A stretch of 64,000 nucleotides of DNA, taken from Folioceros fuciformis (lineage: Eukaryota). The stretch lies in assembly GCA_049999805.1 (NCBI GenBank), contig JBNGIO010006230.1, positions 67,494 through 131,493 on the forward strand, written 5' to 3'. The number at the start of each line of letters is the position of its first letter. Position 1 is the stretch's first letter. Under the pieces are notes generated by a model. It was not told the origin of the DNA, made no database searches, and saw only the letters and a list, made by a program, of their open reading frames with translations. Shown here piece after piece: positions 1 to 12,100 of this stretch. A program made the translations under genes and the position numbers.

Positions 1-2133
1 CTTGAGTTACATCCTCACTGGGTAGCTTTGAAGGTTGATATTGAGAATGTTTTCAACACCGTCTCTAGGGTCGCCATCTTCTCGGAGCTCAAGAGTGCAG
101 GAGGTCAATTGGCAAGTCTTATCCCTTTTGTTCGCTCCTTCTATGGCTTGCCATCCAAGCTCTACTACCAACACGGCCCGACTATTGAAGGGGTCTCAGT
201 TTTTGATTCAGCAATAGGCACAAGGCAAGGGGATCTGCTGGGGGTGCTCTTTTTACAATGGCGCATTTTCGTGCGTTGTCCTCTACTGCCTTCGCATTTC
301 GGGAATGCCTTTTCTCTTCCGTGGCTGATGACACTCATATTCTTGGGCAAGGAGTCATAGTCAAAGCAGCATTTGATTTCTTCTCATCAGAGCTCTTCAA
401 GGTGGGGTTGCGGGTCAAGCTATCTAAATGCAGGGTTTGATTCCCTTCAAGCATCACTCCCCCCCCTTCAATAATTGGGGGGGGGGGATATCACCCCCTT
501 GCAGGGACTCCGAGTCTTGGGTGTGCCTGTGGGACCTCCTGATTTTGTTCATAGGTTTGTGGATGAAGCGTTGGATGAAGATTTGGCTCATATCATGGAC
601 CTCTCACAAATCGGTGATCCTCATATTGCGTTTGGTATCCTTTCTTCTTGTTTTGCACGGTGACCAGGTTACCTCACTAGAATTGTTGCGCCTTCTCCAT
701 TTTTCTTATCAAGTCTCAAGAAGTTTGACAATCAAGTTATGCAGGCTCTTGGGAACATTTTAGGTCCGGGCACCTTCGAGTGTGTTGTCGGTGATTTGGC
801 TCAAAAGCAGGCTTCTTTGCCAATCGCCTTTGGAGGAGTTGGTCTTTTGGCCATGGAGGCCTCTACCCAAGCTGCCTTTCTCGATAGCTGGGACCTCTCA
901 GCTCCAATTTTGGCCTCTCGTTTTTTGCTACAAGATTCTCCTGTTCTTGAAAGTTTTATTTCAAGTGTTGAGGAGGGCGTTTTCCCTTTACAGGTTTCTC
1001 TTAGGCAAGCGAGGCATTCTCTACCTTTGCAGGCTCGTGAGGCTCTACCTCCTTTCACCTCCTTTTCTAGGGAAGGGTAGAAGGGTCTCCAGGCCCCTCT
1101 CCTAGAAAAGCAATATGGCCAAGCACTAAGAGCCCTTCTTTCAGACCCATCCATCCCTAGGTCTTCTTGAGCTTGTATTCGATCTTGTTCAGGTAAAGGA
1201 GCGGGCTCTTGGCTTTTAGCTCGACCTTGCATCCAGGCATTTCAAATCGCACGAGCAACTTTCGCCACCGCGATGAGATTTCACTTAGGTTTGGCCCACC
1301 GCTTGTCTTTTTCTCTCTCTACATGCAGTTGTGGGGTTGCCATTGTCGATATAAGGTCCCATTTGGCACGTTGTCCCGTTGGGGGGCACCGCATTGCCAC
1401 TCATGATGCAGTCTGAGATGTCATGTTCTCAATGGCTAGGGAGTGTGGGTTTCTTCCGTATAGGGAACGTCCATATACTTTGCGCAATGGGGTTTCAATT
1501 AGAGCCGACCTTTTCTTCACTAGGGGGAACAAGTTTGTGTTGTTGATGTGGTTATTACGGATCCCACTAGGGATTCGATTTGTGAGCACGTCATCATCAA
1601 CCTCCCTGGTTGGGCAGCAGAGGGTTGTGCAAGTGCCAAAGTCCATAAGTATTCTCCCTTGCAAGACGGGCATACTTTCATCCCCCTTGCTCTCGAGACT
1701 CATGGAGCTATGGGCAAGGACTTTTCAAGGTTTATCAAGGAGTGCGCCAAGGTTTATCAGAGCAATAGGAATGATGTTCTCCCTCTTTCCTCTATGGTGG
1801 CCTTCTTTCGACAACGTGTATTCATTGCTTTGCGACAAGCATTGGCCAATGCAACAAGCATAGGTCAAGCGGCTTCTTCGACACCAGTGGTAGGTAGGCA
1901 TGTTGTTATTCCACATTATGACATTTTGGAAGCAGTAGGTAGTTTTTGAAAATGATATTCATAGGGGAGAGTACCTCTTTTTGCCTTTGGCCCTAATGGG
2001 GTTGTTCCTTCGATCTTTGAAGTAGATGGTACTTTCCATCTCTTTTTCAATCATAGAAAATACGTTCCATTTTCTGTCTAGAAAGATATTTCCATCTTAG
2101 TGAACATAAATAAAATTAATTATATAAAAAAAC
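1..2133 (+). mobile_element. Decayed non-LTR retrotransposon, RT + CCHC + restriction-like endonuclease (CRE/R2 group), 5' part outside window
   Basis: Frameshifted ORF pieces give RT motifs (KVDIENVFNTVSR, GTRQGDLLG, ADDTHILG, LRVLGVPVG, GGVGL). These are followed by C-S-C...H-x3-C and 'THDAV' (about 1320-1412), then RADL...VDVVITDP and FIPLALETHG (REL endonuclease). Stop at 1949 and an A-rich tail at about 2106-2133. Several stops are TGA, consistent with CGA deamination. Confidence 0.85.
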
Positions 2134-2452
2134 CCCAAACTCAATGGAACTATTTTTTCATGAGTAAATTCTTACCATTTCTCGATTGACAAATGTCACA
2201 ACGGGATACTACAAAGATCCGTCTCCGAGCTCATGTGAACAGGGATTCCCGTTTGACCACCGATCCAGCCCCTATTATAAATGTTTGGCGGCCTGCTACT
2301 AAAGAAAAGGGAACGTACTTTTTCCCGGGTCGCCCTGGAAATCAGGTGCCGAAATGGTTGGGAAGAGAAAGGAGTGGGGATACAACATTGACCCGAGTAT
2401 CACGACGGTGACGGATGATGGACTTGGGCTTCTAGGGTCCAGCACGAGCGGC

Positions 2453-3036
2453 ATGGCGCCAGCGCAGCAGCAATTGCCATGGGCGTCTGAGGCCGAGATG
2501 CTGAACTTGGTGGCGGCGTTGGACAGGAATCTACTGCCGTGTCTTCCGGCCAAGGAGCTCCAGGCGGCTGATCGCAGTTACACGCTTTCGCACCCAGGTA
2601 AGTGTGCGCTCGTTCTGCTCGCATCTGCTGTGCGCCGAGCTCTGCTCGTGTGGTTTGCCTGACTGCGATGCTGCTGCAATTTTCAGCGAACGTTGAAAAG
2701 TACGCTAGGGAGTTTATGGAGACGGCCAAGAAGCTGGAGCTGCTTCTCATCCGCGTGCAATATCAGCACCAGCTGTCGCGGGAGGAGCTTTTGACTAAGG
2801 TGTGTGTGGTGGTAGGTCGTTCAGCCATGCAGGTCAGTTTGCTTGGCTTGGCTCTTCTACTCTGCCTTGCCCTAATTTGTGTGTGATGTTGTGGCGGACA
2901 GGAAATTGCAGCCCTGGAAGCGGAGCTTCAGGCCAAGTCGGAGCTTGTCGACAGGCAGCAGGCTCTGATCCAGGGGTGGCAGGGGCTGGTGAAGACGCAT
3001 ATGGATTCTATGATTAGAGAGTTGGAGAGGGTTTAG
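2453..3036 (+). CDS. MED28: Mediator of RNA polymerase II transcription subunit 28 (exons about 2453-2597, 2687-2799, 2902-3036)
   Basis: Spliced translation 'LVAALDRNLLPCLPAKELQAADRS...NVEKYAREFMETAKKLE...EIAALEAELQAKSEL...RELERV*' matches plant MED28. The GT-AG introns keep the frame. Confidence 0.88.
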
Positions 3037-3382
3037 AATTCTCGGATACACAGTTTCCGACTCCAGGTACAGAACTGGTGTAGGCCTTCAGGGTCCGCCG
3101 TGCTTCTGCCGGTGGGCAGGTGAAGGCATTCAATGATAGCCTTGGTAGGATGGCGGGCTGGCTGGAATCGCGGTTTGGTGAGGCCGAGACCGTGCCGTGG
3201 GGAATTGGCTGTAAAGTAAATAGATTGAAGTTCAGAGAGACAGCACATCTATTGACCTAGATATCCATGTGGATTGCAAGCACATTTCTCACACACCCTG
3301 TAGTGCAATTTCTCATTTAAAGCGAAGACTAAATAGAGCAAAGCATACAATTCTCATCTCGTCCAGCTGCTCACAGACAGCA

Positions 3383-3535
3383 TGTTCCGACCGGCCAGAT
3401 GAATGCTCTTCTGTTCCGACCGGCCAGATGGATGCCCTTCAGTTCCAATCAGTTAGAAGGATGCCCTTCAGTTCCAATCAGTTAGAAGGATGCCCTTCAG
3501 TTCCAACCAGCCAGATGGATGCTCATCTGTTCCCA
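3383..3535. repeat. Minisatellite, 29-bp unit x about 5
   Basis: Units such as tgttccgaccggccagatggatgcccttc and agttccaatcagttagaaggatgcccttc in tandem. Confidence 0.9.
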
Positions 3536-4864
3536 ATTGACCGCCATTGTTGCACGGTAAGCACGGTAGGAACTTCAACGGTGACCCCTTCAGCTAACAT
3601 GCATAGCTAAGAAGGCTGTGATGAGTGCTACTACGGCGTACGCAGCGACCCAGAGGAGCCCTTGGCAAAGGAGGCACCCACATGTCACGCTGCGAGCCAT
3701 CACCTGCAGGATAGGATTGCAGCAGAAGCTACATCAGCACTGGTCCCTGCACTCCTCCAAGGACAAGCACACCAGATAGGGCGGGGGTGGCGCAGAAACC
3801 TTGTTTGTGCGTTGCGGAAATTGCGTCGCCCGAAGTCATCCAACCACCAGAGCGCTAGCGTTGCTGCTCGCCGTGAAACTTCTGTACGCTCTCAAGTACG
3901 GCAGCTGCTATGTCTCGCGATCCGAGTCGTGTCTGTTGACAGCCAGGTCCTCCAGAGAAAACGGACCAGAGGAAGCTCTCAGCAAGCGTCGGAGTCTGGA
4001 CGAGTGAGTTCAAAGGCAGGACTCTTGGAAGCTAGCTGGCGGAATGGGCCAAAACTGCCGCTATATGCAGCGGCATCTAACTGGATGAAGATAAGGCGGC
4101 GGGGCCTGCAGGAATCCAGCCATCCATGACCTTGTCAGCCTGGTACGAGCCTATGAGGAAATCGCACGCATGGGGAACGAACCACGCTTTCCGGAGCCCG
4201 AGGCCTGCTGACGGCAAATCTTGGCTCCAAGCTGGCTTCTAAATATCCGGCTCGTCATTACGCTTTTTTCATCCTTTGGTCACAACCTTCTGTTGCTTTT
4301 GTGAATGATACCACCATGGGTACTACTGTATATGCGTATGTATGTACAGTATGTCCTTAGTTCTACGTCGGTGACGATATCGGAACAGGATGGAACGACA
4401 AGAAGGAAATTTCAAGACCAAACCTTTGGAAGCATATCAGCGGAATCCACCCCCTTGCGAACCACCCCCCTGCGAAAATTGCTTGTACGTAGGTCTTGGC
4501 ACTTCCTTCCACAGGCTTGGCATTCAATTTGCAATTCACCTTCATTTCTTCTCGACCTCCGGTAATGGCAGCTACAAGCACGGTGGCCCAACGTGAGCGG
4601 GAGCGCGCGAGCCTGACGGGGCTGCGAGGACGAACACAGCGGCATTCTCGACAAGGTGAGCAACAAGGTGGCTCCACAGTCAAGTCCAGCCTGGACGACC
4701 TGTCGAGGTGGACGCGAAACACCGCAGATGACGCCAAGAGCCGCATCCAGCAGTGACCGCTTCCCTTCCAGGCCGTGGGCTGTTTTTGTGTATACAGGTA
4801 GGTGATCAACCCGGGCCTTAGTATTAAAAGGTTTTAATATGTAACGTAACATATCGAAGTGTAC

Positions 4865-4937
4865 TCCGTTGTAGTCTAGACGGTTAGGATACTCGGCTCT
4901 CACCCGAGCGACCCGGGTTCGAGTCCCGGCAACGGAA
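4865..4937 (+). tRNA. trnE-CTC: tRNA-Glu (anticodon CTC)
   Basis: tccgttg/caacgga acceptor stem, anticodon arm ctcgg-ctCTCac-ccgag, T-loop ggttcgagtcc, and a T-run terminator just downstream. Confidence 0.97.
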
Positions 4938-5096
4938 TTCGATGAATGGATTTTAACTCAATTTTGAACTAGACTCCTTGGACGAAGGGTGGGAGAACGC
5001 GTAATTCAAAATCGCCACCAGTGGGAAGCACATCCAATTTTGAACGTGATCTCTGATGCTCTCTTCTCCTATCGTGACCTCTTCTCGTTTGAAGCT

Positions 5097-5277
5097 CCCA
5101 GGCATGCTCACATTCCGTTGTGTTATTTCCCACGCATGCTCATATTCCGTTGTGTTATTTCCCAGGCATGCTCATACTCCGTTGTGTTATTTCCCAGGCA
5201 TGCTCATATTCCCTTGTGTTATTTCCCAGGCATGTTGTGTTATTTCCCAGGCATGCTCATATTCCCTTGTGTTATTT
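5097..5277. repeat. Minisatellite, 32-bp unit x about 5.7
   Basis: cccaggcatgctcatattccgttgtgttattt repeated in tandem, with one unit shortened to 21 bp. Confidence 0.92.
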
Positions 5278-5432
5278 CCGTTTTCTTGGCAAAAGGACAT
5301 GAAACCTTGCGCTCATGGATATCCTGTAAAATTGAACTTCCCACCAGACTCCAACTTTCCTGGCCCGGCCTGGCCTGGCTGGCAAAAGGGACGGATCGTT
5401 GCGCTGCAGAATATCCTGTTAAATTGTCCCAT

Positions 5433-5450
5433 TAAACCCTAAACCCTAAA
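5433..5450 (+). promoter_or_regulatory. Telo-box / interstitial (AAACCCT)2 upstream of the SRPBCC gene
   Basis: ttaaaccctaaaccctaaa about 80 bp upstream of the ORF at 5527. Confidence 0.45.
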
Positions 5451-5526
5451 TCCCCCTTATCCATACCGAAGGCAACATCAGGACAGTCAGGATTTGTACA
5501 GCTAGCGGTTTCCAAGGTCGCTACTG

Positions 5527-6177
5527 ATGCAAAGCCTGCCTACTTCAGTTCCTGAATCACTTCCGTGTCCCAGACTGTCACGGACTTCCAGCCGCGTATC
5601 CACAATGGATAGTCCTCCGGCCCAGGGAAGCAGGAAATGGAAGTTGACAGTGGTGGATCAAGTGGAGGCACCCATCGACAAGGTGTGGGAGCTCACGTCG
5701 GACTTCGTCCGAATCGATCGATGGATCCCCAACATTAGCTCCAGTCGGGTGGCGGGGGAGGCCCAGAAGCCTGGAGCGTTACGTCACGTTGTGGGGACCG
5801 GCCCGGGGCCTCTCATGGGGAGCTTCGCTGTGGAGGAGCTCCTCACCATGGACGAGGACACATATTCTTATTCATTCACTGTGCTGGACAGCAAACTGAA
5901 GATGGAGGACTATCTGTCCGTGTGGAAGCTGGCGGAAGGCACCGACCCGGGATCCACTGCGGTGTCGTGGTCCTACGAGATGGCGCCTACACTAAGTGCT
6001 CACTTCTCGGAGCAGCAATTCGCAGCGTTTATAGGATCTTTCTTTCAGGACAGCATCAACCATCTCAAGAAAATTTTGGGCGGTGGCTCGCAGAGGCCGG
6101 TGGTGTCCGACTCCGATCGTGAGCGAGGTTGCAATTGCAGCCCACAAGCCGTTCGTGAGCCTGAAAGTAGTGGATAG
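5527..6177 (+). CDS. SRPBCC/START-like polyketide cyclase/dehydrase (lachrymatory-factor-synthase/PYL-like fold), single exon; start may be the ATG at 5605
   Basis: 'WKLTVVDQVEAPIDKVWELTSDF...WIP...PGALRHV...AVEELLTMD...YSYSFTV...YLSVWKL...TAVSWSYE' is a typical Polyketide_cyc2 pattern. Confidence 0.82.
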   Translation: MQSLPTSVPESLPCPRLSRTSSRVSTMDSPPAQGSRKWKLTVVDQVEAPIDKVWELTSDFVRIDRWIPNISSSRVAGEAQKPGALRHVVGTGPGPLMGSFAVEELLTMDEDTYSYSFTVLDSKLKMEDYLSVWKLAEGTDPGSTAVSWSYEMAPTLSAHFSEQQFAAFIGSFFQDSINHLKKILGGGSQRPVVSDSDRERGCNCSPQAVREPESSG

Positions 6178-7234
6178 CTCATCTCGGGACATGATTGTCA
6201 CGCTTGGGAATTTGACCTTCTTCCATCCATCTATCCCGATGTTGAAGAGAGTTCCCTTTGAGCTCATTACCATCCACATGTCCCATCTGTTGCAAGACGA
6301 ATTTGATTGTTCCATAGACGAGTGTGTGAAGGAGCCCTTGGTCATGCAGGGCAAACCAGAAATTGCGTTTGCGCTTGGTTCAAAACGTTTTCCAAACCCA
6401 CTTGGTGGCTTGTAAGGACCCTGCAGAGTTTCTGGAATGCATATGGGTTCGCTCACGAGATGGGACTAACAACTGAAACCTCAAAATGGATGGCGAGCAA
6501 CGGTGAGTGAAATCGCCTCTGCCTCTGACCGCGAGTCCGATGTCCCGGGAGCAAACGTTCGCTATCGACAAAGTGGACAAACTCAAGAAGCAGAAGCAAA
6601 GTGGACAGCCAGAGCGAACTAGCTGTCCCATGTGACGTAGACTTCCTCACTTGTGGCTCTGGTTTAAAGAACCCACAACAGGCCCGCGTTGTGTGGATCT
6701 TGCCCGTTTTTATTAATGATGGCGTAACAGAAGCGATGAGTGTGCATTAAGAGCCCTTGGGGATGATGAAGGAGCTGGCTGAGCTTTCCCTCGTTACAGC
6801 ACGGGGCACGGCAAGCAGCAATGCCTTGAGGCAGCGGCTTCATAGCATGCACGGCTTCCCGAAGAACAATGGCGAAGTGAGTGCTGTATCAGGTACTTCT
6901 CTGTATGGTAAGGGTAAGGACACAATTCAGCTGAGCAGGTGGACTTTGACTATGCCTACTACCAAGGAAAGATTGTTAAGGCCATCTCAAAGGCACCGGT
7001 GCATGAGCTCGAGCCCTAGATGGAGTTGTACGTAGGAGCAGAGCCTAAGTGCAGGGAAGGGCCTGAGGAGCCTATGAGTAAGGAGGCCAGCAAGGGAAGA
7101 TGGGGGAGAAGACCCACTGACACCGGGGACATATGTCCCAAAGTGTAGAGTTCGTGAGCAACGGAGAAGCGGAAGGAAATGGAGCGCACACCGAGTCCGC
7201 CGTCATGGCCTAAGCCTTCGAGCATACGTGCCTC

Positions 7235-7500
7235 GCAGTGTGGGAAACTTGTGGATTTCAACAAGGCAGTGAGCGGGGCTTCACTGCGGTGTCGTGATTC
7301 ACAGCAGTTCGCTGCGTTTTCAGGGTCCTTCTCTCCGAACAGCATCTAGAATCTCAAGAAAAATTTGGGCGGTGGATCGCAGAGGCCGGTCGTGTCGGAC
7401 TCCGAATGCGTCTGCGGTTACAGTCCACACGCCGCTTGTAAGCACTCAAGCCTGGAGATACTAGGTAGCGCATATCGGGGTATCAATGTCACATCCGGGA
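7235..7500 (+). pseudogene. Truncated, decayed duplicate of the SRPBCC gene 3' part
   Basis: 7283-7298 matches 5955-5970 (cactgcggtgtcgtg), and 7302-7405 matches 6013-6116 (QQFAAF...LKK..GGGSQRPVVSDS) with an in-frame TAG and an internal deletion. Confidence 0.75.
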
Positions 7501-7937
7501 GTGCATAACAAAGTCCTTGGCCCTGGGACAATCATCTTGGCGCCGCGCCAATGACGTGCTATGTGAGATGAATTTTCTGTAGTCATGTGGTCAAGTAGTG
7601 TCGAAGTGGGGGATCTCTGACCTGATCAATCAGAAAGCGTGTACCAAGACCTGTGAAGCCAGGAAACGCACCCGGACCTCGGAGGAGCGGAGAGACCGGC
7701 GCCAGCTTTGCAAAGCGCACGGAATCGGCGGACGGCTTTTGCTGACAGCCTCGCCAGCACCAAGTCCCAGATTGTCCACTGTGAAGTGAAAGAGGGGAGG
7801 GGGAAAGCACGAGTGGTCTTAATATGACGCTCGGAGTACTAGAAAACCGGCTATCTCCGGTTCCCGAGACCTGGCTGGTGAGAAGGGAATGGAGAGGAGT
7901 AGAGTAGGCGTACCTCTTGGCGACGCCTCGATTCCCG

Positions 7938-9088
7938 ATGGTGGATGCGAGGATCAGGCAGGGCGGGGGAGACCCCTATCCCAAGCCTCCCCGTGCTTGG
8001 TTGTCGCAGCAAAGGACGCAGCTGAAGGATTTGGATTCGGCTGGGATTTTCTTTCTCCTGCTGCATCTGCTCTGGCTGGTCTGGTTGTTGTGGAACGTGT
8101 GCAATGGGAGTGCCCGGCTGTGGCCCATTCTGGCAGGGATCGGCTGTTTTCAGGGCGCGAATAGGTTTTTGGCTGGGGTTGTGGAGAGTAGACCCGGCTG
8201 CTTGCGGGAGCTAGCTCAAGGGGATGGGCCGCTTTTTGTGAACACGGGGGTGTCTATGCTGCACTCGTTCATTGTCGGGATATCAGGTACGAGGATTACC
8301 TCATCTTTTCATTTTGGTTGAGCCTTCGCAATGCAGTAGGCAGAGGAAGTGATGCCCCTTTTGCTGATCCGTAAGACTGCAGTGTCGGTGTTGCTGTTGA
8401 CGGAATGGAGCAGAAGTGGTGCGTCCGGTATGATGCAGCACCAGCAACTGTTTGGTGGATGCTGGCCGGGCATTTTCAAGCTGCTGTGTTTTACTAGCGG
8501 ATACTTCGCGTATGATCAGTGGGATATGCTTCAGTTTCGGCTCTACAGCCCCAAATTTCCCAGCATCCTACTCCATCACGCCGTGCTTCTGCTGTGTTTC
8601 ACGCTGGCTCTCCGGCGAGACGTCACCCTCAACTATCTTGCTCTGACTCTCGTCTGCGAGGTGAGCTCCACTTTGCGAAAGCTGGTGTGCAGACTGATCT
8701 CAACTCGAGTCTGTCATCTCATAGTGCTAACGCTGTCCAGGTGCATTCGATCTTGTTACACCAACGGAAGGTTGCCAAACTAGCTGGGCTTAGAACCGGT
8801 GGGACTGCAACGACAAATCTGCTGTGGTTCGTCAACTGGACAACGTTCTTCGTATGTAGGTTGCTGCCCCACGCCCTCATCACCTGGAAGCTAGTGAAAG
8901 ATGCAGCTTTGTTTCCTCAAGGAATCGAACTGCCAATGGCACTGACGGGCATGGTTGTTCTCAACATGCTAAATTACGGTCTAGGATTGGACCTATACAA
9001 GGCCTTTAAAAGAGACCTCTCTCGTCGGCACAAGACAACCGTACAGGGTGACGTGGTGACCACAGTTGAACAGGAGAAGCTACACTGA
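7938..9088 (+). CDS. TLC (TRAM/LAG1/CLN8) domain membrane protein (exons about 7938-8286, 8383-8660, 8741-9088)
   Basis: 'NTGVSMLHS', 'GYFAYDQWDML', 'LLHH', 'LVCEVHSILLHQRK', 'TFFVCRL' motifs, multiple hydrophobic helices and canonical introns. Confidence 0.87.
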
Positions 9089-9151
9089 AAGGACTAAGAT
9101 ACTTCCCCTCTCCCGTGATGTAGTAGCAGACTTTGACATGCTTTTTTTAGC

Positions 9152-12100
9152 TCAAAGCATTCGGGCAACTCGTTCGTACAGATCATGAGGCCAGCTTCTC
9201 GGTAATGAATTAGCCACAAAACTCGCTATCTGTCACCCACAGGGTCCCATCTCAGGTCGCCGAAGATAAATTGCAAAACACTCATATTGAGTGACGTACC
9301 AGAAATTGCAAGACAATCGAAATAGCAGAAGAAGTGACGTAGCATACCTTGGACTTGAGTGATCTCACGCTGCCGTCTGTATCTGTTACGTGATTCAGGC
9401 AATCGATTGCCACCTTGAGAAGGTCTGGCACGGTTGCTTGTACAGACGAGGACATGTTCCGAAGCGCGTCCGCGCTCCTCTCTGGAGTCCTCGAATCAAG
9501 TGGCAGGAACGAAAGCCTCGAGAGCTCCTTAATCGAGTCGCTGTACTGACCACTTTTGGCATACTTGTGGACATTGAGTATTGATTCCAATTGACGGAAG
9601 GCTGTCTGCTGCTCAAACATTTGCTCTCTTTCCTGTGAGCTGCATTGATCAAAAAAGGCCCACATGTAAAAAACGACTCTGCAACGACACCAAAACTAGC
9701 ACCCATGAACAGTACAGTACGTCACCGACCTGCCGGCACCGATATTCTTATGAGTGTCTAGGATATCACAGCCTGCAAGGACTAAAGACAATGTTCTTGA
9801 TTCACCATCTGCCCGACCATTGGCCAGTGCGGCAATTGCCTCTGAAAGACGCTGATTGACAATATCTAGAGCCATCGCAAATGCGCCGACGCGTTTCAGC
9901 AATTCGATTGCCTACATCAGCAGGTGACACCGAAAACGTCAGTCGTTACTATAGAACCTCCTCAGAATCAGGGCACGCAGAAAAAAAGGGGGTGGGAAGG
10001 AGAAAGATCCTCATTGAGAAGTACCTTGTCATAGTAGCCAGACTCTTGACATTGACGAGCTGCATCAAGCAGCAGACTCTGTTGGCCCTGTTGCGTGGGC
10101 AGAAACCTTCGGAGAGCTCCTTCAGCCCCTGTGCTTGATGGGCCGAGTAGAAGGGGAATTCCACCCTCGCGAAGCAGGAGTTCTGTTAGAAGCTGCTTAA
10201 GCATCATTTGCATCTGTCTCTGCTGCTCTGTACTGCCTTGTCCACTCCATCCACGAGCTCCGCCACCCATGGCTGCAGCAGCTTGAGCATAGTATTCCAA
10301 AGCCAATGCTACATCCCCCTGCCTCACCAATGAGGCACCATATTGCCTGATCATACTTGTCACCTCTCCAACAGCGTCAAGCACTCCTGCATTCCGTGTT
10401 CCTGCTGTACTTTCAGACAGAACCCCATGATCCGCAATGGCAATGGCAATGTGCACGGCATCCACGTGATAACCTTCTGCTCCAACCTCTTTCACAAGGT
10501 AAGATACCGCACTCTGAAGCTGAAGGCTGAGTAGCAACACATAGGGATAGACCAATGGATCTTTCCCATTCTTTGTGTAATATGATGGCTCAAATTTGAC
10601 CAAGTAGCTCTGCAAATCCTTTAAAGTGTATGGCGTCGACCCAGTTAGTCCGATCTGCAAGTCTGAGCTGCCATCAACATCACGGACCATGGCCAGCTTA
10701 AACCACAGAAAATCTTCAATTGTGCTGAAGAGCACAGGAATGTCCCGCAGCAGCCTTTCGCCCTGCTGTCTATTGCCAGAGACAATTGCGTGCAGCAGCA
10801 TCTTTTTCTTATCATACCCAGGTCGACCTGCCCTATCCCCAGTTCTGTACATCCTGTCACATTCCTCTGAAACAGCAGCTGCTGTCGTAGGAGAAACTAG
10901 ACCTCCATTACTAATCCACTCCGACAGCTGTTACAAACTCCCACAATGAGGAGGCAGTTCAACAGCAGATTCAGGGTGCTAAATCTGAGTTCATGACGAG
11001 TTTGCAGCAGAAGGTAACAAAAGATGTACCTGGGGCGCGAAGGTACGGCTGACTCTTGAGGAATTCGCCACAAGAGTTGCTTCCTCATAATACCCAGTAC
11101 GCAGGCAAAAATATATCTACAGATACAGAGCACATCAATGTCTACCATCTCACGAGCTCCAACAGGCCGAACGATACAAAAGTAACTTGTACATACCCGC
11201 CAGTCCTTAGTTCATAGAAAAACTAACACACCTGGTACCAAGTTGTGTCCATCGCTGGTTGCCTCCTCATATCTGTAGCATCGAAGTCCAGGGGTCCAAG
11301 GTCACGCAGACGGAACTGCCCACAATATGAAAACATTAGTATTGGACCATACAGTTCACACTTTTGAATCTTTTGCAGTGATAGACTAACCCGTAGAAAT
11401 GCCCGAATACGTTGCAGATTACCTGTGGACCCGCCAAGAGCAGCCTGTCACCAAATCCAAACCAGTTTCAGAGAGTAACACCATGTCTTTACATCATAAC
11501 AGACCTACACCTTCAGTTAAACCCCAAGGGAAACCAAAAAACATCCTTCACAACATATCTTGCAGGTGCAGATGATGGAACCCGTAAGGATCAGGCCCTG
11601 CTCACCTGTGCAGGATGGCTCTGAATCATGTCCAACATGTATTTCTCATGCCCTGCTTCTAAATGCCTTCTTGCACCCACAACCATTTCCATTTTTCTTG
11701 ACAAACCTGAGTGCCCTTCAATATCCTCACCCAAAAGAGACTGGCAGAAGAATTACACTGGTCAGTACATCGAAAAGGAGTGGAGTGCCAAACAGGACAT
11801 TATAGAGGAGATCTAGATTTAGTGCAGAAGATAATCTCGTTCGTTGTTCCTAATCATGTTGATACCTGAAGAAGATTCCAAATTTTGCCAATGCTCACAG
11901 ATTTGGAAGATGAAGCCTCGGTCACAAGACTTTCAGAAGCTGCCTTAAATGCAGAGGCAACCTACAAGACAGGCATCAATATCTTCAATGGGAGAAGCCA
12001 AATAGTTCATGATCTGTCAAAGAACCCAGTAGCCAAAAAAGGGGTGAAATCGCATTACTTTGAACGGAAGGCCCCTTTCACGAGCAGCATTCAGCCTGAG

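Noticed and set aside
3620-4129. Short ORFs downstream of the 29-bp repeat
   Set aside because: No motif, no clear start or splice support.
4989-5442. ORFs with CYFPGML/HAHIPL repeats; array superficially CRISPR-like
   Set aside because: Head-to-tail 32-bp minisatellite without unique spacers, no cas genes, eukaryotic context.
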